Shown in pieces: positions 36,218-49,211 of a stretch of DNA of 64,000 nt. Source of the DNA: Marsupella aquatica (Eukaryota > Plantae > Marchantiophyta); assembly GCA_973895155.1 (NCBI GenBank), contig OZ316891.1, positions 17,358,095 to 17,422,094 of the forward strand. The letters run 5' to 3'. Position 1 is the stretch's first letter; the number at the start of each line of letters is the position of its first letter. The notes below the pieces were generated by a model. The model had not been told where the DNA came from and ran no database searches. It was given only the letters and a program-made list of their open reading frames with translations. Both the position numbers and the translations under genes were made by a program.

Positions 36218-37990
36218 CCCTCACCTTGTAATCTAGAACTCAAGATCACATTGACAATCCACTACAAGTTGTTACATGGGCTAAGGAGCTGGTGAGTAGC
36301 AGGAACCCTCTTTGTTGACAACCAAAGTGGATGGTTGGTTGACTTCCAAAGCTCATGTCACCCTAAGGGGAGAAGACCCCTTGAAAGACCATGATGATGC
36401 ACAATTGAGTAGTGACCACTCTTGGATCTGTAGTGTGAGACACATGGATGGTCTCCTAGCACTAAGATACTTGTTGCAAAACTAGAGACACAGGTTGTAA
36501 GGCAGACAGTTCTGTTGTGAAGGAGCCAGTGCACAACACCCTTCCATACTTTCATGTCCCCCAAAAGAAGTAAGAATCTCAAGGTCTCGCTTCCACAAAA
36601 ATGACATCTCTTGTGCAACAAAGCATATGGTCATTATATTGGCTCTAAGCTAATACCTAACACTTTTCTGGAATACCTTTAGGGTGTTAATATTTTTAGA
36701 CTTACAAGAAAACATGTAGTGTTTTAACCATCTTTGGAGTATTCCAAGAATAACCCAAACTAAGAAGGGTAGATAAATAATCCAAATTTTCTTAAGTTTT
36801 AGGGTGTATAAGATCTCAAAATGTTGCAGGCGATGGGGCCTCCATACAATGAGTCCGATGAGGTCATAAGTACGTACAAACATAACCTCAAAACTAATCT
36901 AATAATCAAGTTAACCCCATTTAGTATGCGGGTTGGCTAAAATTGGACAAAGTAGAGAAAAAACAAGAAAACAAAGAAAAATTGGACAAAGTAGAGACGC
37001 CATATAATTGGTTTGGCGGCATGTGGAGGCTCATAATTTGCCAAAGCTAACCCTCTCATGTCATAAAAGTTGGGGAAATGAGGGGGACACCTTATTATTT
37101 GCTCATAGGCAATAGTCTACACCCACATTCTGGTGAGTGTCGAATGGGGAATCTGGTCCAGGGTGAAGGTCTGATTGGATGTGGTTAGAACAAGCAAATT
37201 GCAAGCTGACCTAAAAAATGTGCCATCTCACTTTAGTGTAGTCAAGTTAAGCCAGTCCAAATTGGAAAATGGGGGGCAATCTGATAGTGAGGTCCCTTCC
37301 AAAATTCCTGGCACCAGAGCGTGCCACGTCAACAACAACCGCAACAAACAAGACTCGTCGATTTTGTGAATCAAATTTACAGTTTTCCTTCGTGTTTGTG
37401 TCAATTTGGGTATAAATTTTGGGACGCCATGCCGTAAAAAGAAATGTAAAAACATTGGAAATGCAAAGAGCAAGACGGTTATAACTGTCACTATGTAACC
37501 GTTTTAGTTACATTTCCAATTTTAAAATTTAAATTCAAAGATTTATAAAAAATATTTTTCATATAATAAATAATAACTAATAAGTAACTTGATAACTTCC
37601 TTGTTAAAGGGTAATTGGCATCTGGAATAAGATTTCCGGCCCAATACAATCAAAGGAAACTGCTAGCCATAGTCTGAACTTGAACATTGAACGACCTGGT
37701 ACAATTCATTTGATCAGACATTCATCTAATTACAAATGAATTTGTCACACATTGAATTCTGACTCTTGTAGCTTGAGAATTTGGTAGCATGTAGCAAAAA
37801 AATCTGATTTTGACAACTCCTTGTGATAACCATGCTGTCAATTAGCCAAGGGGTCCACGAACTAATTTTGGGGCCAGATTAGTAATTTTGACCAGTTTGG
37901 AGGATAGGAGACTAGAAAAGAGGTGTTATATAATCCATGCATTACCACAAGCACTGGTGAGGCAATAACCATTTGGCCCGGCCATGTCGA

Positions 37991-38088
37991 GTAGAATTCA
38001 TTTACAAATACACTGGTTGATAAGTTGGAACATAGCCCAGTAGAATTCATTTACAAATACACCGGTTGATAAGTTGGAACATAGCCCA
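37991..38088. repeat. 49-bp tandem duplication
   Basis: GTAGAATTCATTTACAAATACAC(T/C)GGTTGATAAGTTGGAACATAGCCCA occurs twice. Confidence 0.9.
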
Positions 38089-39095
38089 CTGAACGTGGTT
38101 GACTACGGGGTTAAATTAATAATTTATTTTATTTTGCATGAACCCCGTAGACAGGGCTAGGGCAAGCCTGAATAACAAGCCCAATGGCACAAAAAGGCGG
38201 TGCCTATATGATTGTACAAACAACTTAAACTATATTTCACATCTGATCATCCATGTGCTTTAATTAGCGGGTTCAAGAAACCCATCGAGCAAGCGTGGGG
38301 TATGTAGTCACGCGAGGGGAGACCATATGCAAAAGATGTAGTCTCCACGCATGTAGAAATCATTTGTAGAAATCATGCATGCAATCTGCTGCTTCATACG
38401 TGGGGTCCTACCAGTCCATACATCATTTGCTCAATAAGCCTCAAAATATGCCAACACACAACTGTATCCAACGTCATGTGCGGGTACTTCCTACATTACG
38501 AGACAGTCAAGTTGCACATTGTATCTTCCAAGAATTACCCTGGGATCAGTATAACACTGCAGGAATTCCCGACCATGGATCCTTGAGTAATCATTTCGAG
38601 CTTGAGAAACAAGTGTTCAAAGTTTCGACATAATTTGCTACCTTATCGACATGGCCTTGAGCAGGCATTCCATATCAAAAACTCGTCCAACTGCTGGATT
38701 TACTTTTGGGGACAATGAGAGTGTTCTCAATACCTAATCTCCTCAATCAAATGCCCTTTGCCCAATGGTGAGGTCAAGTCCTGAATCGAGACTTGATTCT
38801 GTCATATCACAGACATATTTTACAAGGCGACTACCTGCTCATGCTGTGTAGGACTGTTCATGTCTAGATGAAGCACAAGGGGCCTGGTTGGGAAGGTGAT
38901 AGCTCTCAGGCAGATGCACCCCTACATCTTCAAGTTGAAGTCATTTGTTGCCTCTTCCCATCACAGCTCATTGAACACTACAAACTCATAGGCGCGTTCT
39001 CGCCAAATCATGGGCCAGCTTCTGTGCTGGACGTGTGGTCCAAGACTAAAGTCATGAGACTTCGGTGCCGAACGAGTGCAAAATTGATACAGGCG

Positions 39096-42000
39096 TCAGT
39101 CTCTTGAACTAATCATATTTCAAGTCTTGACAAAACCTGTTGGATATTGCCAAAACTCCAAATAACTACTCTTCCGTCCATACCTGTGACAGCCAGCAAA
39201 TATTGTCAGATCTTTTCTGAGTTGAAGAGACGATTGATCCTCCACGTTTTGAACCTTGACACAACCAACCAAAGAGTAATTACACAGTCGTCGCTTTTGA
39301 CTGCCCAAACAGGGACTCCATCTTGCCAAGGATATCTCCAGCTCTCCTCACAGACACTCAGATTTACAAATAGACAAAATCACTTCTCACGAAAGTTTGA
39401 CACTGTACCTGAGGTGCTAAAAGCGTCGACAGTCAGCTTCCCGGGTGGAGTCAGAGGGACGATACACCTGCACAAACATATTTTACGTAGTCTGACAAGA
39501 TCAAATTCATGTCCAATGATAAGAAACTTGATAAGGAACGCAGACTCGTCCAAAAGCTGAACCGTCGGGAGCAACCAAGATTTGTTACCGTTACTTTGTA
39601 TACAAAGGAAATGTATGCGCATCCCAAACCTGGTGAGCACATCCTCAGCATAATGTAAGTAATAGCTTGCAGATATCGCCTACTCACCTCATAAATATCA
39701 ATGTAAGTTTTGCATGCCCATAGCGTGTTTTCTAAACTTTTTTCATGTTGTTGCAAGAATGAACTCCTAAAATGCGCCGGCACTGGGGTTGTGGGAGCGG
39801 GACTTACGTTATACAGTTGTCATGGGCATACCCGTTAGCCCGCGATGGTTCAATTGCATCATTAGTTCCACGTTTGGTCTGACTATGGAACCTCCCCATG
39901 GCTTCTAAGAACTGTGCCACGACAGGAAAAGGGTTGAGAACAATTGTAAATTGGAAAGAAAGTCACTAAGTTGAGACATATTGGAAGTCAAAGCCCCTTC
40001 ATGGACAGACTCTCCTACTAATAATTTCTAGACATTCAGCTTTCAATCTAGCACCGAACCGAAGATGTGACCAGAGCGACAGCTCAATAATTGAGTATTC
40101 AATTTCCCCATCTGCACAAATTTGTCATGAAACCAGTGTCCCAATACCTTAACCTCAATGCTGATACTACCCACGAAGAGATTTTGGGAAGAAACGTTTA
40201 CCAGTGTACTAGATTTAATATCCAGTGCTCCCTTTGCTTCATCCAAAAATCTGACAAAAGTCCTGTGTCATCTCAAGAGTCACCCATCAATCACCGTGAA
40301 TCAGGACAAAACAAGAGACAAGTGGGTGAAAATAGAAATGTACAAAAACTAGATTTATGGTCACGAAACAAAATGTGCTTAAAGAGGGTCCTTACAAGTT
40401 TGGGGAAATAAATTGAACAGAACTTTGCAGAAAACAAGAGAAGTACTTGATACTAGGGACGACGAAAAGGGATAATATACCAGACTCCCGTTTTGTCAAT
40501 CTCAAAAAGCATGGGATTGCAGTCAAACCCTCCGCCGACAAGTCTTGTTTCAGAAAGAAACAACACCTGCATCCCTCCAAAAGTGCAATAGGTCAGTCAA
40601 AAGAAAGCCATGAAATTTGTGATCAAGATTGCAAAAGCATGAGCGACGTTCAGACACCAACGCATCCTGTAAACACTTCAGAAGTGCTAATGATTGACGT
40701 GCATCAGATGACACGATGTACACTCACAAACGTTTGAATTGAGTCCTGATAAGCTATCATTGCATCACTGCCCGCCTGTAGAGATGGATTGCCGGAGTGT
40801 TCTAGGACTTGTGGACGTAGACCGGGGACAAAAGATACATCAAAGTCGCACACCAACACTTGTATCTCAACCAGGTAAAGATCCCGTTGAGCTCTGAAAT
40901 CATGCCTGGAACACATACTACAATGCTATATATCTGACCCATGAATCAAGTGAAAAAGCTGACCTACATCACGAAGGGGCAGCTGTCGCAATTTCACTGA
41001 TTGAGTCATTGCTGACGGACCCACGACATTGGTTGCTATATGGACAGTTGAGTCATGGCCTGTAGAGGAAGTCATATCAAACAGAAGTCACTCGAGAGCA
41101 GAACATAAAGTACTGAGCGCAGAATCATTATAGTCCAGAAACTATTGAGCTCATACATGACTAGCATGACCAGAAAAAAGGTCATTCCGACAATTGTGAG
41201 GAATTTATTAAAGTCAGCTTTCGCGACCACCTACTAAACAAACAGACAGGAACTGAATATCTAACCTGCTTAAAGCCAAAGTACAAAACTGAATTCTCCG
41301 TAAAGTCAGAACACCCGCGCTAAATGTCGATGGTGTTTGATCATCCCAAATATAAACATAAACAAGGAATGACTCGTGTACCAAATAGAGTAGAAATGCA
41401 TTATTTTGCAAACTTTACAGTCAATTTAAGTGTAGGAAAGCAACACCCGTCAGTAGGTTGTATTGTTTTATTCATTAGAAAGGCAGAGGTAGAGCTCGCA
41501 CCAACGTAAGCCAGACTGTTTCCACTAGGCGACCACTTGACCCCAAAAGTCCATCCAACTGCAAAGTCAAGTTGTAACAATTGCTGCATCACGGGAAACT
41601 TTGTATTACGAAAAGATTGTTGACCAAAAGTTCTTAAATTTTCACATTTGTATATTCATCTGGAGCATAAACCATTGCGTAGGAGCCACCACAAGTGTCA
41701 TAAGCATGCTCGGGGCAGAAACATTCAGATACCTCTCCGAATTTGGTATCCGCAAAGGTTGTGCCAGGATTAATCCTATACAGAAAACAATCAACAAACC
41801 GAATCTTAGTTTCCGATATAAGAAGCTTTGTAGTTGTCCTGTCCTCAACCCTCAATGCCAAAAATCCAGAGCTAACCTTATTAACATAGCAGTTGAAATA
41901 CGACTAGAAAGGAGGGCATTGCTCGGGTTGTCTCCTCTTCATAATCCATCTCATATGTGGTGCTCAGCAGTCAAGTTTTCTCCAATCTTAACCGAAACTC

Positions 42001-44269
42001 TATCGGTCATCTCATGAGGAGTCCAGCTCCGACCCAAGAACGTAGTATACATATCCAAATAGTAGCCTGTATATATTGCTCACTCACTCTACTTGTATTG
42101 CTACATTCAAAATTATTCTAGCCTGACCCTGATATTAATGTATCATTAACATCATGCATTCCTTCATTCGTTCAGTTTCATAAACATGTAAACTCCAATA
42201 GGCCGATAATGGACAGTAGATAGATGATTGCAGCTGAGATGAACTGGGACAGAAGACATGAAGAAAGAATGAGAGAGGCAGAAACATACTTTGAATCGAC
42301 GCCTTTTATATAAGCAGAAAATACCCGACACTTCCCGTCCGTAGATGTCGTAGCAATTAACAACTGCAGAACACAAGGTCATTATTTGGCAAATGAACAG
42401 ATAAGCAAAGGACCTCAGCTTACAACAAGGACTCTATTGGGAATGCTGTATGTTGGAAACAAGGTACTCCAAGACAACCAGGACTTGCCGACATAGTATC
42501 CCAGATTAGACACCCTAAATGATGGTGTAACAGTTTCAAAGATATACGACCAAGGGAAGTAATGAAAAGTATATACAAACATTGTTTGGATGCCACGCAG
42601 CAGCAGTAACAGTTGAGCTATGCTTCTTTTTAATTATTTTGCTCACCCACCTGTAGTCCTCCAACAACATCAAGACACAAACAAAATCCGACTTAGTAGG
42701 CAAATGAGGCTCCACCGTTAGAGCTGGGGATCCGAAGTTCTCATATGACTGTCGACAGCATACTTTTCCAAGGAGAACTTTCGGAGAAATTTTTCATCGT
42801 TCCGATAGTGACATCACCACACTCTTGCTTCAAGCAAACTGAAAACTGCAATGTGGTCCTGGGGTCAATACCAATTATTGTCTGGTTCGTAGTAGCACAC
42901 ACATACACTCTTCGCCCCACTTCCAACGACAAATTTGTTCTCTGGATTAGAACACAAAAAGCTTGGACCCGTCAGAGAAAACTTGTTGGGTTACTGAATC
43001 ATTGTAGCCAGTAAGTGATATCATGCACCGTCTCACAGAATGACGATACTTTCCTAAAAGCCCGTCTTTTGTAGCCGAAAACACAGATTATGAGATTACT
43101 ACGGTTGTAGCTGTCAACGCTTTCAGGCAAAGTACCTTTTGGGCTCCAATCAACAGAAATAGCAGCACGATTCAGTCGTAGGATTACAAGAGTTGGCTGC
43201 CATTGAGTCCCATCAAAACTCCACACATAGCTGCATGACTCCAACAAACAATGACATCTTAGGAAATTCAAACGAACCATACCAGACCTGTTTTCTTTTC
43301 CTTTCGTATCCCTACGATGCTAAGGAATGTCCTCAATGAACTGGCCCTCAAAATGACTGCTTAGCTTAGTAACTCCCCTCCAACGAAAACTCTTGAGATC
43401 CTTCCGACAAACGTAAACAGCCAGTTCAACAAACGAGAGTCTTACGAATTTCTATCGTGAGAGCAAGTCACAATGTAGTTGGAGATGGGTGCCCAGTCAA
43501 TTCCAGATACCAACTGATCATGCTGCGTGAAGAACAATGTATGAAAGTAAGGATGACAGTTCTTCTCAGTGCACCTTCAGATCGACTGCTTCATTGCGCT
43601 AGTGAAAACTTATGGCAAATATTCAAACCAGGTAAACTAATAACATGTATACAACATTCTGGTGCGTCAATTGCTGGTTGTCTCCATCAAATTCTGAACG
43701 TCCAAAAACAACCTAGCCAAGCTTATGCCCCGCATGCCTTACAATGAAGGCAAATTTCGCAAGTCAGGACGTGGAAGATAGTGTAGTTCCTCCCACAAAC
43801 TGAGTGGGAAACGCCTGATAGAACGGCAAGGAGTACAATCTTTCATCTAATCCTCTAAACAAACCATCCTTCCCATGGTTTAGGGTAGTAGTAGCGACAA
43901 GGAGGATATTTAATGCGCATGTAGCTATGGCACTCTGACTGCACCTTCTGCAGAACATGAACTCTCTCCCAGTTGGAGGTCGCAGCGGGTGTCCCGTTGT
44001 ATATGTGAACTTCGTTATTATTTTGACAGATGGCTATCACTGCAAACACATTTGGAAAGACTTCAGAACAAAAACTTCAAAACAAAAACTTCCTTCAGGA
44101 GCAGAACCAGCTCTCCCAAAGGATGCTGGAGGAGCTGACTGACTGACCAAGCGTTTTGAGCATTACGACGTTCCGAACTTCAGAAAAGCAGAAAATTACT
44201 TGTGAGAGAAGCGTTCCACGCGTGTGCGGATATGCATTGGGACAGCTGATGCGTAGCCACGACAGCCAT
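39096..44269 (-). CDS. ARPC1: Arp2/3 complex subunit 1 (WD40), multi-exon
   Basis: Spliced exons give MAVVATHQLSQCISAHAWN, IAICQNNNEVHIY, WQPTLVILRLNRAA, KFVVGSGAKSVCVCYYE, IATTSTDGKCRVFS, WTFGVKWSPSGNSLAY and FSTSGMDGRVVIW...SSRD*. Confidence 0.94.
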
Positions 44270-45844
44270 TTTTGCACCCTCTGACCTACACATCAATGGT
44301 AAAAATCTTAGACCTTTTCACAAGTTCAACTTCGCAAAGCTACTTATCGTCCTCAAATTTCAAGCACGGGTACTGCGAGGAGGAAATGTCAGAATTTCTA
44401 AGCGCACATCGCGCATAACACTGTACTAATAATCCTTCAAAGGTGGAGGAAATTCCCGGCGACACTCGACACTCTCATGTCCCTCACTTTTCCTATCCTC
44501 TTACCAGATCTACAGACACCGAATCACCAAGTGCAAGAAATATCACTCCAAAACGACCCCGCCAACACTCTCAGTGGAAGTCCAGCTCCGTCCATGAAGT
44601 ACGTACTGGAATCGCTAGCTAAGCTTAACTCGAAAAGAGCCGCCGACGCCAATGAAGCGCCGACAGCAGAGATGCAGATAGTCATAATACACAAAAAGCG
44701 GAAATCAAAGGAATGGAAGGGGACGAACGTGAAGCAGATCAATCGACCGACCGAGCAACTTACATTTTCTTTCCGATCGACAATTGCTCCGCTGCTGTTT
44801 CTGCTCCACGTCAAGTACAGACTACAAGCACCATTTGCGAAGCAATTCCCGTCTCCGCTGCTCTCTCTCTCGATTTCAAAATTCGCTCTGTTGCAACCTC
44901 TGCTTCACTTCAAGTACAGACCGGCCGCTCCATCATTCCCTGATTTCCCTCCCTGCCACGCCGGCTGGCTGCTAGACTGATCGAGATCTTCAGATATTTG
45001 CTTTGGAATGTAGCTTTGCTGAGCAATAAAAGAGTCAAAGGACATGTTCACACGAAAGCAAACGTCAACCTCCGTGCCGGACACATTGAGAAGGAAGGAG
45101 CCGGTTGCCACGACGGTTACTCTGCTCTGCGTGCACCAGTGTACCGTAGGAGTCCTGCACTGTACAGTAGTAGTGTGCGTAGCTTCCGAACGGTTCGCGT
45201 CGGTGTTGCATGTTGTTACATATTCTTTTCGATGCTCTCTATTCCCGCTCTATTCACTACTGTAGGTCAACTTGCCGGGGCCGTTTGCAAGATAAGGAGT
45301 AGCAAGATAAGGTACTATAACTCAAATATTGTTATGGGAAAGTTATGAGAGTCAATCTTTGGCTAAGAAGGAAAGACTTTGGACTCAACTTTTTACAAGT
45401 AACTTTTCTGGAACTTTAGGTGCAAATCTAGAAATCCAAATATCCAAGACTCCGGACAACTACAACTGAAAGCACCTGGGCTTTGCAACTTTAGGCGCAA
45501 ATCTAGAATCCAGGACTCCAGATAGTTACTGATAACTAAAGGCATGTGGGCTTTGCACTTGAGATGGTGATGGCTGCTGCATTTGAGGTAAAGTCTGATC
45601 AAGAATGAAGGAACAATGATATATGCTATGAGACAGAGGTGAGACCGTAACTCTGGCCTCGTGGGGCAGGTCAATTCTAGCTCCCCTCATTTCTTAATTC
45701 CTTATATGGTTTTCATAACAAGAGTTACAAGATGGACCACAAATCCGTAACTTTCAGCCTTGAGAAGCCTATTAGGAAATCTCAAATCTCAAAATTTGAT
45801 GGACCTTAACTACTAGATAGAAAAGGTATGGAAAACCAAACTTA

Positions 45845-45970
45845 TAATCCATAACTTTTTCTGCCACAAAGATTGGTCATATGCCATGACCATAAGTCCA
45901 CTGTGGAAGCTAGTGAAAAAAACTAACATGTTTTGTTTTATGTAACCCTGTGAAAAAGTTATGGCCAACA
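45845..45970 (+). repeat. dispersed TE-derived repeat, homologous to 29455-29580
   Basis: Colinear similarity to 29455-29580; internal inverted motif CCATAACTTTTT...AAAAAGTTATGG. Confidence 0.65.
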
Positions 45971-46716
45971 GCCATTGTCTGCAACTTTGAGGCTTTGAGA
46001 CTCACTAATAACAATATGGTTTGTGATAATGTAATCAATATTTTCTACTATCCCACCAGTAATGTTTAGCTTCTTTCAGTCGATCACTTGCCTACAGTAG
46101 TCATGCAAAAATGGTTCTCTTCCTTGAGACTAAAACCTACTCCCTAACTTGCTTGGTGCTTTGCTAGGGCGTCTGACCAAAGAGCTCTTCTTTCACAAGA
46201 AACTACACAAAAGTTTCCTCTATATTTTCTATCATCTAATCGTCATACTTCCTTGTATATTCAAGGATATGGTAGCATGAATCACAACTATTCTATCCTG
46301 AGATAGGGCAGTGAGTTTTGGGATGCCACCACTATTAGTTCACTTTGTTCAGTCAATCATATGCCTACAATAGTTGTGCAAAATGGTAAAAGCTTTCTTT
46401 CCTAAATGAATTGGCAACATAGAACCAACCTGGTCACCTTCTTCTCTTTTGTATACAATGGCAATTGCTATAGAAACAAATGATACTATGGGGAGACTGA
46501 ATTTTGGCCAAACCTACAAAGAAGAAGAGGAAGAAGAAGCAGACAGATTCCCAAAATGGGGGAACCTACAAAGACAAAGGAGCACATGCAAGAGCAGATG
46601 GAGACAAAAATTGGCACAGTGGCGCTAATGCAGGCGTAAGTGCAAGCTCCCGCAATGAGACCAGGCCTCACAAGATTTTGAAATTTCTGTGAAAACAGTA
46701 TTTAAATATATACTCA

Positions 46717-47070
46717 CTAGTTCATTACCCGTGTGTGCACAATAGATGGTGTAACGTAAAAGATATTGTTGCACAAAAGATTTCATAGCTTAAAAGACGT
46801 AGATGTGGAAAATTGTTGTTGATGTCATTGCCCAAAATTTGTTGCTGCCTAAAAGATGTCATTGTGGAAAAATATGATTTTGCAAACAAGGTTGTGGAGG
46901 AAAAGACAACATAACAGAAGTTATTGCATAAAAGAGATCTTTTCAGAAGAGATTGTTGAGTTTAGGGTTTCATAGTGTATAAGACATTGCATAAAGGGTG
47001 TTGTTGTGCAAAAGATGTCATGAAGGCCAAGACATTATGTGAAAGAAATTGTGGCATAATAGAGGTCAAG
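46717..47070 (-). mobile_element. second Helitron-like element related to 6269-6739, opposite orientation, more decayed
   Basis: The - strand reads ...CATCTATTGTGCACACACGGGTAATGAACTAG|T, versus ...CATCTTTTGTGCAACGCACGGGCATCGGGCTAG|T in the first copy. Internal AAAAGATGTC units are the reverse complement of GACATCTTTT. Confidence 0.6.
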
Positions 47071-47100
47071 AGCAGGCATTCATGCATCTGCTAATACTGG

Positions 47101-47613
47101 GATTAAGTAGGTTGCCACTCTTTTTTGGTATAATACTTACCTTGCCACTAAAGTTTTTCTATTTATCACCATGCCACTCTTTTAGTTTGCAGCTTAAGAA
47201 GACTAACCTAGGTTAGCTCCATCATGTCCTATGGCTATCATCACACCCAATTTCCTAATCAACGGCCTGGGTCTCCCTCAAGATGGACTTGAACACCCTT
47301 GGGCCAGTTGACCAGGGGGTGGGTTGGGTGGTCCTGTCTCCCCATCCTATGCATGGCCTCTATCTAATGCCAGCCTGTACCTGTGCAATAGCCTTTTGCC
47401 CTAGTCTTCCTCAAGATTGTCAAAGTCACGTTGAGGGGAGAGCCAGGTCATTTGGTTGTGAAATTGGGTGTGATGACAACCATTGGATGTGAAGAAACTA
47501 ACCTGGGTTGGTTTCCTTACCCCACATGCAAAAAGAGTGGCATTGTGATAAATAGAAAAAAAACTAGTGGCAAGGTATCTATTATGCCAAAAAGTGTGGC
47601 AATCTAGTAAATC
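47101..47613. mobile_element. Mutator-like MITE with long (~110-bp) terminal inverted repeats
   Basis: Left GATTAAGTAGGTTGCCACTCTTTTTTGGTATAATA...CCTTGCCACTA...TTTCTATTTATCAC..TGCCACTCTTTT is the reverse complement of the right end ...AAAAGAGTGGCA..GTGATAAATAGAAA...TAGTGGCAAGG...GTGGCAATCTAGTAAATC. The TSD is only partly conserved (TAATA...). Confidence 0.75.
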
Positions 47614-49211
47614 TAATAAGAGTCTCTATTTGGGGTTTAAGAAGAAAATGTGTAAGAATTGTCCATTCACACCATAATAAATAATTTGGGTTCCCTTTGA
47701 CAAACTTCACAAACAAGACTGTCAGGATTGACATGGGTGGACCATGTTTGGACTTTGTGCAACTTGTGCATAGTACTGGCCTGGGAGGCGGGAGTGCAAT
47801 TTATTGGTGCAAGTTACTGGCCTGGGAGGCGGGAGGATACAGGAGCACAAATACTCCTTGCTCCTCCCCCTACCCTTTCTCCTCCCCCCTTTCCTTTTTC
47901 CAGTTTCTTTGTCTCCTCATTGTTTTTGGTTCATTCCCAGTTGTTTGGCACTGCAAATTTGTAAGTCTACCACTACACACAAAAAGAGGGAATGTTTATT
48001 ATACTTTCTAATTTTTGCTTTATATTTCGGATGCCCATGAACACAAAAAAGGGGAGTGTTTATTATACTTTCTAATGTTTGCGTTATAGTTCCAATGCCC
48101 ATGGACAACAGGATTAGCCAAGGCAAGGTCCAGAGGGTGAAGAAAGGATGGCAAGGCACAGGGGTAAAGGCCAAAGCACGGGTGCCAGCAAGGGAGGGCA
48201 CATGGGAGGCCAATTACAGTGTTAAAAACATGTTTTTATCGAGTGGGCCATGATTTCTTCCCACCCAGGTGACATTTTGTAAACAGACATGGCCCTTCCT
48301 GGCAGGATTGGGTATAGTGTTTGATGTGGAGAAAGACCCAGAGCGCAGAGATGCCTCAAAGAAGGGGACTAGAGTCCATATCTCAGTGTTTAGAGGGTAA
48401 AGCAAGGAAAAAGGTAAAACAGAAAAGGAAACCTAGACCAGAATACTTGTTTGGACTCAATATGAACGTCAGAAAAGTGCTTGACGTTACAGTAACGCGT
48501 CACTCATGCCAGAGTTCACTAATGCATATGGATGTACCCCGTATGTCAATAATATCTTCAATTCGCTTTGTACGTTTCATGCTCATGGAAGCAAATTTTG
48601 AAGGGAGTACATAATGTCAAGCTGATATCAATCTGCCGATTCTCTTCGCTCTCTAATTGTGTTTTCCAGTTATAAATCTTAGTATGGCATGACCAATTAA
48701 GGAAAACCGATTCCCTGATTATAATCAGTGTCTACTTTTGGGTGATAGAAACCTTCTATTCACACCAATGGTAGACGTGGAAATCTCATTCCCTCACATT
48801 CAGAAGGAGAGTACAGTCAACTTATATCCATAATAAACCTAATCTCGACGAGATTTCAGTTTTTATTGAAGGGTCCTGTGGACGACTTGGACTTCTATAA
48901 TTATGTACATCGCAAGTCTTGGTCAGTGCATCCTAAACTTTCTAGAAAGATGAATGACGGGATAGCAAAATGCTCCTTCAGAGATTCTTTGCAATGTGCT
49001 CAGATGGCAGGCATGCCAATAAGATTAGGTGTATTCACCTTCATGGACGTCAATGACTTTCCTAGTATGTAGGATTCCGTCGAGAAACCTACTTCTCTCG
49101 GCGCACTTAAGAAGTGCAAACAATGAAAGAATGGGTGTTGATATGCTTCAGTTTCGCAATGCTAATCCAAACTCCTATGAACTTCGGAGAATTCAGAGTT
49201 CGTTGTAAAGC

